Assembly: GCA_964199315.1 (NCBI GenBank)
Contig: OZ116704.1
Location: 3,720,001-3,784,000, forward strand
Source of the DNA: Orbicella franksi
Lineage: Eukaryota
Length of the DNA stretch: 64,000 bases
Direction of reading: 5' to 3'
Shown: piece after piece, positions 26,601 through 38,700 of the stretch
How the letters are laid out: the number at the start of each line of letters is the position of its first letter
Numbering within the stretch: position 1 is the stretch's first letter
Translations under genes and position numbers: made by a program
The notes under the pieces: model-generated
Seen by the model: only the letters and a program-made list of their open reading frames with translations
What the model was told of the DNA's origin: nothing
The model's database searches: none

Positions 26601-29600
26601 CATGTAAATCTACATGTACCTGTAGTATTGTAGGGTAATTCAAGAGACCTCTTTTGGGTTATGTGTATAAATTTGCTATGGGCCATCTGAAACCCTTGTC
26701 AGCTCAAACTATATTTGCAGGATAAAAGAAAACTGAATTGCAGCAGCAGACAAGGAGACAAGTGGTTCTTCAATTTCCCCTTTTTTTTTATTGTATGTGG
26801 GTTCCCAGACAACTTGCCTAGGGCCTTGCCCATTAGGCACGTGAAAATGAAAAGTTACTTGCCCAGCAAGAAGAATGTACTTCTCCTGGATGACTGGATG
26901 GAACTGTTTTGAACCCTGAATTTTTAATTTCTCTTATGAGTTGGAGATAGTAAGTTCAACAGTGCTTACTAAAACATTTTGTTATTTTATTATGTGTACT
27001 CCAAGTACTTGATGTACTTCTTTTCTTTAGGTCAACTGCCACAGAGATGTCATTAACTGCCTACTAGACAATGGTGCCAATGTAAACAAGTTAAATGATG
27101 AGGGTCTGTCAGTTCTAGCTGCCTGCCATGTCCTCTTCTACACTAAACACACATGGAAGGATAACATCGCAGAAAACATTCCTGATGAAAACTTATTCAA
27201 TTGCATACAAGAGGACTGCCAAAAAGGAACTTATATTCATCGCAATTACCGTCAAAGTGTTGTGGTTGAAGATGCCAGGTTGGAAACAAATGTTCTTGAT
27301 TCTGGAGATCCTGAAGAAAACTCTGAAGATGAACGTGTAGAGAATATTCAAAACGAAATAAACCAAGACGAATTGAGTGATCCAAGGATGTCGTACAGAG
27401 TTATTGAATTTACAGAAAAAACATGCAAAGATAAAGATGAAAATGGTGCGGAATTAGAAAACAATTTAAATAATAGTATGAAAATGAAATTAGATTTAAA
27501 TAGAAATGGTTATAAGAAGAGTATCAATAACCAAGGAACAAAACTAATTATGGAGCATGGGGGTGATAATCAGCTGGACTCAGGAATGCTGACACCGATC
27601 AGTGATGTTTCATTGGCGCATGAAAGGAGTGTTGAAAAAACTGACAAACTAAGTGTGATGGACCCGTCATTGTTTAGTATCACGAGTGCAGTTAGTAGCA
27701 CAAGGCAGCCATCTGACTCAGCCGATGATTTACGCAGTGAGAACAGCATGGAGCAGAACAAACAGGTTTTACTGGCTGTTCAGAGGTAAGCCAATCATTA
27801 CAGTGTAGCTTATTAAATTCTTTTGCTGATTTTGAATGAAAACATATTGGTTGGTTGATCAGAAAATTCTAAGATAAATTTCATGATAATCATGATCACC
27901 GTACAAATTATATCTTGTCTGAGCTGCACGTACATGTACATGTACATGTACATTGTGTGATGTGTGATTTAGCACTCAGCCAACCATCACACAAGAATTC
28001 CGCAATGTACCTGCAGTTATTGCCCGTTAAGAGTATGTTTTCTAAAAACACAACACAGGGCCGTACCCAGAAAAAATATTATGACTGAGGTGATGCCCAT
28101 GGTTAAATTCTCTTCCTAGATATTTAGGGTGTTTATGATGACTAAACAACAAAATATGAAAAAAACCCAGGCAAGTGTTTCAGCTTACCTGTTACTCACT
28201 ACAGCCCTGTAACAAGAGGGGCTTTGCTTGGACTGTACTTGACATGTACCTTTATTGAACTTATTTTTTTTTTTTCAGACGTCCCCATCTTGAAGCGACA
28301 GTCCGTCTCTTGCTGTGGAGAGGTGCAGACCCAAATGCATCATCTCTGCCAATGCCTGTTCTCTTTTTTGCTGTGAAAGCTGCAGACACAGCTGCTGTGG
28401 AGATTTTACTTCAGAAAGGAGCTGACACTTCTGCCAAGTTATCAAAAGAAGTAAGAAGCAGAAAATGAAGGCTTAATAATTGTTCAAGATGCATCATCTA
28501 CATGTATGACTTAAGTAGCTTTATGCAAAGTTGCAGAAGGTAGAGTACTTGTATTAGTTCTTCATTTCTGCAAACATTACAAAAACTTATATTACTAAAA
28601 CTTGCAACAGTTATGTTAGCTATGGCATGGAGTTTTATTTCAGTTCCAAGTTTCATATACTTTTGAAGGTGATAGTGTTGTCCAAAAATTTCAATGAGAT
28701 TGCAAGAACGATGACAGTAGTTTAAAAAGCAACTGTAAAGGGGATGAAAAGTACAGTGTATGATTACTTGTAGTTGTGTTATGTAACTTCCAGTATGAGA
28801 CAGGATTTCAATTCTAAACTCCCATGTAACTCTTTTTGAATTTAATTAAATGCAAGGTTAGTACCGTAAGACACATTAATGTAAAACTTTTTCTAGAGAT
28901 GAAAACAGAAATGCAGAGTACAGTGTGAGAGAGTATTAGACAGCAAAATTTAACTATGCCAGTTTAGTTTACAACAACAACAACAACAATTATTGTTGTT
29001 GTTGTTGTTGTATACTTCTTTATTTTCTTTTCTAGCAATCAGGCATTGCTCCTCTTCACATTGCTGTGGCTCTACCTGACGAAACAGGAGTAGAGATCAC
29101 AGAGCTGCTTCTCAAGTCTGGTGCTGACCCAAACATCAGAGATTGTGCATTTGGTGCCGAGGAGAATGGAAAAACTCCAGCACACATAGCATCTTCAAGA
29201 GAGGATAATGACCAGGTACAGTGTACTACAGCTTGGATAACATCTCCCCTGATAGGACACTCCGGTTCTGTCCAGGTTTGACTAGTACAAAATTATAAAC
29301 AACCTCCAACAAAGGGCAGACACAGAGAAGTGAGACTTCTGTGACTTCCTGTGACTTGTTGTTAACTAAGGCTTCCCATATTAATTTTGAGATTGGATTG
29401 AACGTTTCAGAGACCCAAGATTTTCTATACATCATTTGCCACAGCTTGTTAAGTTAGTCACCTAGCCTTCATAGTCACTTTGAGTAACCTGATTTGTACA
29501 TTGTATGTATGAGTTTAGTTGTTAATAACATTGCATCTCTTGTAGGTATCATGTGCTGTTGTGCGACTGCTGTTAGAGTACGGTGCCGATCCTGACCTGT

Positions 29601-32600
29601 TGTGTGAAGGACACTCTGCCCTTTCCTTGGCGATCTGTAGTGGAAATGATTTGGTAACCAAAGAAACTAATATGTCTTTAACATATTAATATAACTACTT
29701 GTATTTGTTCTTGCATGTGTCTTGTGTGCACATTGATTAAGTGCAGCGAATTTAGTCAGAATTGGAACAATTTAAACAACAGTTTAAACAATAAAGTGCC
29801 AGTTTTGTTCAATTTGGTGACTTTTTTTTATGCCTGTAATATTGGGGACCTTTGTTACAGTTCTTCTTAATAGATGAGTTTCTACTGGAGTTTTCAAAAA
29901 GGTTTGACGAAAATTCTGTTCATTTCTCTGACAGGCTGTAGATACACTTCTGGAACATGGAGCTAATCCAAGCCTTTGTCTCTCCAGGGGGGTGGGGTCA
30001 GCACTATGTGCTGCTACGTCATTCATGGCTGAGAGAAGAAGGACTCCAGCTGGCAGAATAAAACTTGTAAGTTCAGTGTACTTCCTTGATGAGTCCCCAC
30101 TGGTGCTTCAAAAACACAAAAGCTCACTTGACACTCTTTTTCGGTAGGAGACGTGGTAGCCTCATGGTTAGTGCACTTGACTTCTGATTGAGTAGTCATT
30201 GTTCGTGCCCTGGATGGGGACAATGTGTTGTGTACTTTGGTTAGACGCTTTACTCTCACAATGCCTCTTTCCCCCTTTGTGTATAAATGGGTGCTGGCAA
30301 ATTTAATATGGGGGAAACCCTCCAGGGGGGAGTAGAAATATGCCTAGTTGCCTCATGCTACACATAAAACAGAGATAAGCTCTGACTTGATGGACCGCTT
30401 GGCTTGTAAGCAGACTTTACCTTTTACCACAATACACCCCTTTTACTATGTGCTTTTTCAGATAAACAAGTTAATGAGAGCTGGTGCTAATATTTTGTCT
30501 CCAATCACTGTGAGTGTCAAGTATCCTCCAGGAACTGTTGTGGATTACGCTTACAATGTGTTTTATCAGGTAAATATCTCGTGTTTCTTTCACTTATTTT
30601 GTCGCAGCGTAGATGTACATGTATTATTATACAGTTTACTGAATGAGGGAATAACAATAAAATGAAATCCCACAAACAGTTCAGCCAGTTACAGTCATGG
30701 CATCAAATATTGTTTCAGATGGTCTCAGTATACATAACAGTGCAAGAAATTTGTCGAGACAGAAACCGACAATACGCTATGCTTACATTCCCTTGAAATG
30801 AGGCTTACTCGTCTGCCTTGACCTCACACGTGTATTTTGCGTTGTTCGATGTTCTCAGGATCGCAAGATCGCTCACACTCCTTACCATGCCCTCACGGTG
30901 ACAGAGCGCGAGTGTTACAATGCTCGCCGGGAAATGTTGGATCATCTTGGAGATCTGTTACGAACACAGGTGTTGAAGAAAGAGAAAGAACTGATCGAGA
31001 AGCAGCTGGAGGAGGCAGAAAGACAAGCTGAATGTGAGTTCTTTTGATATAGAGGAATAGGCCATTTCCGAGTTACCTTGTGCCTTTGTCTCAATACGAG
31101 TCTTTGTCCAAAACCTTTCATATGAAAATGAGCTGTAATTTACATGAAGCTGTAATTTACATAGCTTCTAGGGTTGCGCCTCGCATGGGTAACTTTATTT
31201 TCCCGTTCGCGCAATTCCTATTGGTCCTTTTCTTCTTTTAATTATATTGTAATTTTATGACCAATAAAGTTGATAGACAATGGACGTGTAAGTGGAACAC
31301 ATTTTCATATGAATGGTTTGGTACGAAGACTCGTTTTGAAACCGAGGCAAAATGCAACTTGGAAATGGCCTATTGTCGTATAAACTCCTATATAAGTGAG
31401 AGCATTCAGCATAATCTATGTACTAATGCAACAAGCGTCTTTTTTTGCAGCAGTCGCGTGATCTCATGTCCATTGCACTGTTCGCGCGGTATATGTAGCC
31501 CATGTAAAAAACATTTTTTGCGTCTAATCTGAAAGTGAAGATTGAGAAATTGTCTTGTGAAATGATTGTTCCCTGTCATCCCTGCAACGCGTCTACAAAT
31601 AATCGAGGTGAACTGCACGGTTTTTGGTGACGATTATCTCAAGTCAACGCTTCTTTCGCGTGTTATTAATAAAGTCGCTAGACACTTCACATATGTACAT
31701 GTGTATACCACTAATGAGGGAAGAAACAAACCTCTCTAGCCCCATTCAGTTTCTTGTTACAAGATTAAATATATTCCCTTTTGAATGTCGTTTCAGTAAC
31801 GTTGAGTGTTGATGGAACTCCTCACTCAGCTTGGGGAATCCTGAAATCACCTGACAAAGTAAACAGGCTGAAGGAGCAGAACGCCTCCCCTGCTGGGAAA
31901 AATGACACCTTGAGATGCAGCCGGGTTAGCTTTCGACTTGAGAACGAGGTTTTTGGCGGAGACGATGGCGAAGAACGTGAAATTGAGGCTCAGGCGGATC
32001 GTGAAGTCGAGGCTATAACTGGAACTGGTGGTGAGAGTCCTGGAGTCGATGAGGTAAAAATAAAGTAGCTGTATCAAGAAAGTTTTTCAGCTCGGCTGGA
32101 TTATTGAATATATTACTGTAATTGCATCTTTTTTTCAGCGAGGAAAAGATGGCATAGTGTCAGAATTATCATCAGCTCCTGACGACAGCAAAGAAAGCAC
32201 TCCCTGTTCTCTCGGACCCAGTGCTCCTGAGCCGTCCATCAAACCCTCGTCTCCAGGTCGAGACGAAAACTGCGGTTTACGTATTGCGGTGACCAAGGCC
32301 GCTGACCATATGAGTATTTCTGCACTGGCGACTCAAGCTTTGAAGCAACGCAAGCAAGTGATGAAGAACCGCTTTCGATACTGTTACGAGTGCGGGCGCT
32401 CTATAGGAATTCGCTTGTCGGCCTGCACGAGGTGTAAAGAGGTTTTCTACTGCAGCAAGTCGTGCAAACTGAAGGCATGGAATGCGAGACACAGGGAGGA
32501 ATGTGTCCGTCTGACAGGTAGAGGCGTCAAAACAGCTTCCAGTCGCCGAGCAGACAGCCCTACTCCAACCACCGACCCTGATGCGCCACCCCCTTCTACC

Positions 32601-32732
32601 ACCCCCCCAGGCTCTCAAAGAAAGACTCCTTCCCGGGGTAAGGGTGAGAAGGGGCGAAAGTCGCAGACTCCTTCGGCGTCACGGGTATCTAAGCGGAGTG
32701 CTTCCTCGTCATCGACAAAGATCAAGAAATAA
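23698..32732 (+). CDS. ANKMY1: Ankyrin repeat and MYND domain protein 1; exons 23698-23991, 25571-25717, 26015-26509, 27031-27785, 28279-28450, 29036-29215, 29546-29653, 29935-30066, 30462-30569, 30859-31033, 31797-32053, 32139-32732 (about 1138 aa)
   Basis: N-terminal MORN repeats (YxGx4RHGxGx3WPDG), several ankyrin repeats (G.TAL/PLH..A...LL..GADPN) and a C-terminal MYND finger (CYECGR...[24 protein letters not shown]). All introns are GT-AG with consistent phases. This domain order is that of ANKMY1. Confidence 0.92.
28970..29012. repeat. Perfect palindrome TA(CAA)6T-T-A(TTG)6TA
   Basis: 21-bp arms are exact reverse complements around a 1-nt centre. Confidence 0.95.
30144..30427 (+). mobile_element. 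tRNA-derived CORE-type SINE, diverged copy in ANKMY1 intron 8
   Basis: tRNA-like head (gtggtagcctcatggttagtgc), CORE-like centre, tail cagactttaccttttacc. Homologous to the 37045-37341 copy. Confidence 0.8.
31056..31374. mobile_element. MITE with 19-bp TIRs and a nested insertion
   Basis: TIRs aataggccatttccgagtt (31056-31074) and aacttggaaatggcctatt (31356-31374), 1 mismatch. Confidence 0.8.
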
Positions 32733-34489
32733 CCGCGACATGTTGGATGAACGGAAGACTGGCAATGGTGGAGGAACAGGAAGATGGAAAGAAAGGAGAG
32801 AAGGGACTCAATTCATCGGCTGTATGCTAGGAAGGCGGCCCCACCAAATAGTGCAGACAACACTGAACATGCCATTTAACTGTGACGTCTCGCACATTCC
32901 CACTTTCATAGTTCCAGTCAAAAGAATCCTTCGATTTCCTAACAGGGATTCGTTATAAGCCTGCAGAGAGATCGAATAGCTAAGTTATACAACCTTATTA
33001 TTTAGGAACGTAGACGGATTAACATCTCTTGTTACGGCAGCGTGGAATAGCATACGGAAGTAATCCGTTTTTGTCAGTTTTACAGACTGAAAAACAGACT
33101 TGTTCAACATTGCGTAATGATTAATTCCTTCTTGGTCGTGTTATGTTAGTTTTTATTTTCCTCGTGTTTGGACTCTTCGTGCAATACCTCTCACTTATGT
33201 CTTCCGCAGCCGTTTGTTGGTTGCAGTCACATGATAGCTGTTATTGCGGTTCTAAGCGATTTGACTTACAAACTAGGGAATATGGTCAATCTTCATTGTG
33301 TGACCGATGTGTTGACCATTTGGACTCGTTCGCATGCGTTCTTAACCAAAGAACATCTTATCTCAAGCTCATGCTTAGCTAGGCTCAGTTTCCAGCCGTG
33401 GGTGTTTCAGCACCCGCGCGCACCGAAACACCCACGGCTGGAGGCTGAGCCTAATGATCAGCTAACCGGTGCTTTGTTGGTTATTTGTACAAAAAGGGCA
33501 ATTTTACTTGCTTTGATCCTGTATTAGGACTCTATGCGATTGGCTTAAAAAAGATCATGCCACATTTTCTTCCAAGAAGTAAGTAAAACCAAAACCAATG
33601 GTTGTTCGCTCGCACTCGTTTTCCCGCGTTTCGCGTCAGCTATATGTATCTGCTTCGAGTTTTGATTGGTTCAGTCGATTGTCTCTGTCCTTTGTGATTG
33701 GCCAGTTTTGGTTTTACGGTACTCAGTTGAAAACCTCTCTATCCGTGTAACTGGATTTTAGTATGAGTGTGTATCTGGAGTCATTATTGAACAATGTTTT
33801 ATATATTTAAGCTAACAATCACTGTAATATATGATTATTTATGACATTTCTGTTTTTTAACTTTTGTGTGTGTGCTATTTTAGTGACTCGTCAGTGCGAC
33901 AGCTAATAAAAAATGTTTTCATTTGATTTGTTTGATGGCGATTAGTCCGGCTATTAACTGTGAAGTCGTTTATGTTGGAAATCGATAGGTTTTTCAAAAA
34001 GTAACTTTTCGGCCGCGGTGCAAGCCGACATACATGTACCGCGCTCCTAATCAGTTTGTTTAATTACAGACGTTAGCGCCAGCTGGGAAACAGCTTAGAT
34101 TGATTCTTAAATGGGGAAAAAACTGAGTAACAAACAAAGAAAAAATCATAACTATTAACTGAAATTGAGATCCCCGTCTTCTCTTGCAGTTTTACGGACA
34201 GAAATTCGCATCCTGGTGCTTAAACTGTCATTGGAAAGTTTTCCGACCTCCCCTCTACTCTTTACGGATTGTTTTAACAAAGCCCCAGTAGCATCATTGT
34301 GTTATGGGTGGGCAGGAGAGGGATATGACATGAATTATTGATCGAAGTGCCCCCCGGGACTTTGACGACTTATGTTGACGTGACGTCTAAAGAATATCAT
34401 TCGAGGAAGCAAATGCAACTTGCGAGTTTTGGTGTTCTTTATGGTATTTTCCAAAGAACGGTGTGAGTTGTTCCGACTGATATTGTTAA

Positions 34490-34875
34490 GGCCCCGCTCA
34501 TACTATGCCGGAGAAATTTTAAACCGCAGTTTTCTTTCTATCGTTGAACCTATCGTCTGCACTAATCCGTCACGAAAATGGAGCTTTTCGAAAACGCTCT
34601 TCAAACCGGAGGAATTTGAAATCCCGGCTTTTCGTTTTCGTGTGTCCGGAAAACGTTTTGAAAACGGAGCTTTTCAAAAACGATGACATCGCGAGAATCA
34701 TGTGATTTTCCTGACCAAGTTTCCCTCAAACAAATCCAAAATGACCGGTGATTGTTGTGTTTTCAAATTTCTCCGCCGTAGTGTGGACAGACAAAATTTG
34801 TTGCGTTTTCGAATTTCTCCGGCGTAGTAGGGGCGGAAAACATTTGATGCGTTTTCAAATTTCTCCGAAGGGGCC
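34490..34875. mobile_element. PIF/Harbinger-like MITE
   Basis: GGCCCC...GGGGCC termini flanked by TAA at 34487-34489 and 34876-34878. The subterminal motif cgttttcaaatttctccggcgtag is repeated about 3 times at the right end, and its reverse complement occurs at the left end. Confidence 0.75.
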
Positions 34876-35713
34876 TAAGAAGTTCCCTTTCACGAGGTTA
34901 ACTGAGTCACAACATGTTCGATAGTTCTTGGTATATTTTAATTTGTTTTCCACAATAATAATGAACATCGCGTTTCCCTAATCCAATGGCGGTATGTACA
35001 TAGCAGAGAGGTAAAAACATGCTCAATATTTATTTCATTTCAAAAGTCCTTAAAATGCACTTTACCTTGTTCTCGTTTGGAAAATTCTAACCTCAAATAT
35101 ATTTACATGACAAATGGACGTTCTTTATATGAATTATATTAGTTCTATGTTCTGTTATCTCTGTAATCTCTTTTTAAATTTATTTTTAATTTATTTGACA
35201 CATATTATTTCTTTTAAGTTTATTTCTGCCCCTTGATTTCAGATGTTTAAATTCTCTCTTGACATACCGCATCTTGTAAAATAATAAATTATTAAGGACA
35301 AAAAAGGAACCGACGATCAAAATTTATAATATTTCTGTAGTCCTGCTTTATCATGAATAGTCAAACTTAATTTATTACAATCGTTTAAATGCATTTTTTA
35401 ACTCGTCGAATTTTAACTTACTTTTGTTTTGTTTTTGTAACAAGAGCATGCATCAAGGACATAATTATAAATATATTAATTTTTCATTATTTTCTGTGCG
35501 TTGTCACAAACTAAACTGAACTAGCTGTCAAGAGCTTCAAGCTTTTTAAGCAAAGACATTTTTTATTTATTTCTATGAAATGTTTCACTGCGCGAAAAAC
35601 TGCAAATCGTCTCTATTTTGGATGTTAAAATTGGAACTTCCAGCTCGTGAGCTCCACTATTGATATAAATTTGACGCTAATGGCATATTTACTGTTAACC
35701 ATTTATTTCTTTG

Positions 35714-38700
35714 TCAAACTATCGAACCACTAGGCTTCGATGTGACAGGGACCACGCCTCGATCTCCCCCGCGCCGGCGTGGGTCGAGAACGTAAATGTA
35801 GTTCTCATTCCCCCTTGATCTTGACCTCGGGTTAAATGGTGGAGCATGGACTGGTGTGGGCGCAAAACAACCGTCCCCTAAAGGCCTGGGACTGGCCGAA
35901 AACTTGCATATTCCGTCTTGATCGCTACTGTTCGTTGTGTTGGACGAAACTGACGTAGTTTCCAGTGTTGGTATCCCATAATATTTATCAAGATTATGAC
36001 GTTTTCCGAACTCAAGCGCTGATATGAGTTCGTCACGTGACGAGCTGTACTCTGACGATGCCGAGTCGTACGCACGTGGATCACGTGATGCTCGGGTCCT
36101 GCCATAGCCTGTGTGATAAGGGCTGCATTCTTTTGAAGACTCAGACTCTCTGCGCTGTGGGGTTTGCACTGCTCTTATCACAGGCGTCACTTGGCTGGAA
36201 CTTCGCTTGGAATTGAGGCTTGTTCGACGAAGATCATTCCGTGAAGGTCCCAGGCCCGAGTCACGTGCCCTTGATATCCCGGACGCTGGACTTTGGGAAT
36301 ACACCGAATGAACAAGTTCCTGGCTCTGGCCGCGACTTTTGCTGGTGCGGCTCAACCTACTGGCAGCGGCCGAGTGACGCAAGTCAATGTTAGATTCCAT
36401 TGCACGTGATATACTAGCTGTATCAAGCTCAGAGCCGCCGTCAGCATGCCCGCGGAATCCCAAAATCCCGATACCCGGAGTGCCGTTCAGTGATCTCTGC
36501 GCGGCGTACGAACTGGGGTAAGTACCATGATCGTCTCCTTCCATGAAACGCCGCGCACGCGCTGCTGAATCAGTATCGTGAAGAGTGGGCCGGTGGTAGA
36601 CAGGCTGAACAAAGTTTCCTTCTGAAGAGGTGTCACTGAAGCTTCCCTCGTGAGGCGGGGGCTGGCCGGGGGCCCCTGAGTGGTACGGAGGGGGTGGAGG
36701 TGGGTATTCCTCTTCCATTATCGTCTCCTGCGCGAAATGATTGCGCAGCATACTTCTGGGCAGGCTGATTTCAGAACCGTGTGTCGAGCGGATTGGTTCA
36801 AGGGACGACGATGAATCAGCGAGATTACCATTGGTTGAGGGGCTGCCCTCCGATTGGTCAGGATTGCTTCGCCTGGAAAATAATTACATAGTTGTCACAG
36901 CTGTGCATCATAGAGTAAACACCCATCTATAAGAACAAGTAATTAAGGACATTAGGCTGGAAGTTGGCCAATAAAGCACCGTACATACAAGAACCAATTC
37001 AGCAAGAATAAGAAAGCACTCATATTGAAGTACTATGGTGTACTAGGTAAGGTAAAGTCTGCGAACGAGCCAAGTGCCCCATAAGGCTGGAGCTTATCCC
37101 GGTTTCTGTAGCATGAAGCGACTAGGAGTATTTCTACTCCCCCCTGGATGGGACGCTAGTCCATCGCTGGGTTACCCCCAGCATTAAATTCGCCGGTACC
37201 CATTTATACACCTGAGCGGAGAGAGGCACTGTGAGAGTAAAGTGTCTTGCCCAAGAACACAACACAATGTCCCCCGGCTGGAACCCGGACCGCTCGCTCC
37301 GGAGACGAGCGCACAAACCACGAGGCCACCGCTCCTCCCACACTATGGTGTACTGGACTATACAAACTCTAAGACCCATACAGTACCTGACAGGAAGGAT
37401 GGGACTGTAGAACTATAGCTTAGAGTGAGTAATAAAGCATTGTATGTTAATGTATAATGTATAGTATTTCTGGAGCAAATTTTAAGAACATTTTGAACAC
37501 ATCTTTAGGCTGATTTCTCACTAAGCACCAGGTAATTAAGAACGTGATCAGCCTGAACCCCGACGGAAATCATTGGGTGTTGACTGTATGACATGAGCAG
37601 AAAAACAAACATTTTTAATGGAAGACTAAAATATTTGGTGTGCCAATTGATGTTAGCCATAAGTTTTTAGAGATTGTACAATTTCCAAAATAGACTTTTA
37701 CTAACAAGCATCTCAGACCACCGTGGATGTCTTGATATACTTCTAAATTCTCCATTGAAGCTAGCATTAAAACAAATGTATGGCCAACAATAACAGAATT
37801 TACCTCTGATCGTAATCTCCTTGTTGTATCTGTAGTTGCTCTCGGAACACCCTCCCCTTCCAGTATTTCCTCCAGTCTGAGCAAAACAATACAAAGGAAA
37901 ACGCAAAATGTTAAATAATTTTATCAAAACAGTTCTGTATGAAGTCAATGACATTCCACTCCCGTATTGCAAGAACAATTCATGCATTTCTGTCAATATT
38001 TTATTGTACGGCTTGTGTTTGTAGCCAATATAAGCCTCTCTTATTGGCTAATTCTAGGACGTTATTCTCCCGTAATGCCCATGGGCCGATTACGACCCTA
38101 TAAAAGCAAAGCAAAAAGCCATATAATAAACGACTTATTAACCTCGAACGTTCGGTTTATACGGGAAAATCTCAAACCTCGGTCTTAGTTGCTGTATTGA
38201 TTTCGCTATCGCTCGGTCAATACGGCAAGGTCTAGGTCTGAGATTTTCCCGTAAAGACTTTACTCTCGGTTAATAAGTATTTAATGTGCGACTAAGGATA
38301 CCTCTGACTTGTAACAAAAGTTTACAAAAGAAAGCTTCATGTCAAAAACCTAAGATAAACCTTTCGTGCTTGGTCTACGAACTCGCTTTGAAAGAAATAA
38401 TCAAAGACTGAAAGACATTCTTACCTCGTGCCGTAGCTAATGCTTGACAATCAGTCAAGAGAAATTGAATGTTGATCAACAACACTTACCGTGAAGTTTG
38501 TCGAGGCTTATGTGTCCTCCTCTGAAGGCCACCAGCAATAAACACACGATAACAACAACAATCAACGCACCAACACCGATTAACACGCCGAGGAAGGTAG
38601 GATTGCGATAAAATTGCCCCCTCCTGCCTGCTGTTGGATCAATCTCTACCACTTCCTCCTCTGTGACAATGGGATTCCCATCTGATAGAAAATCAACAAA

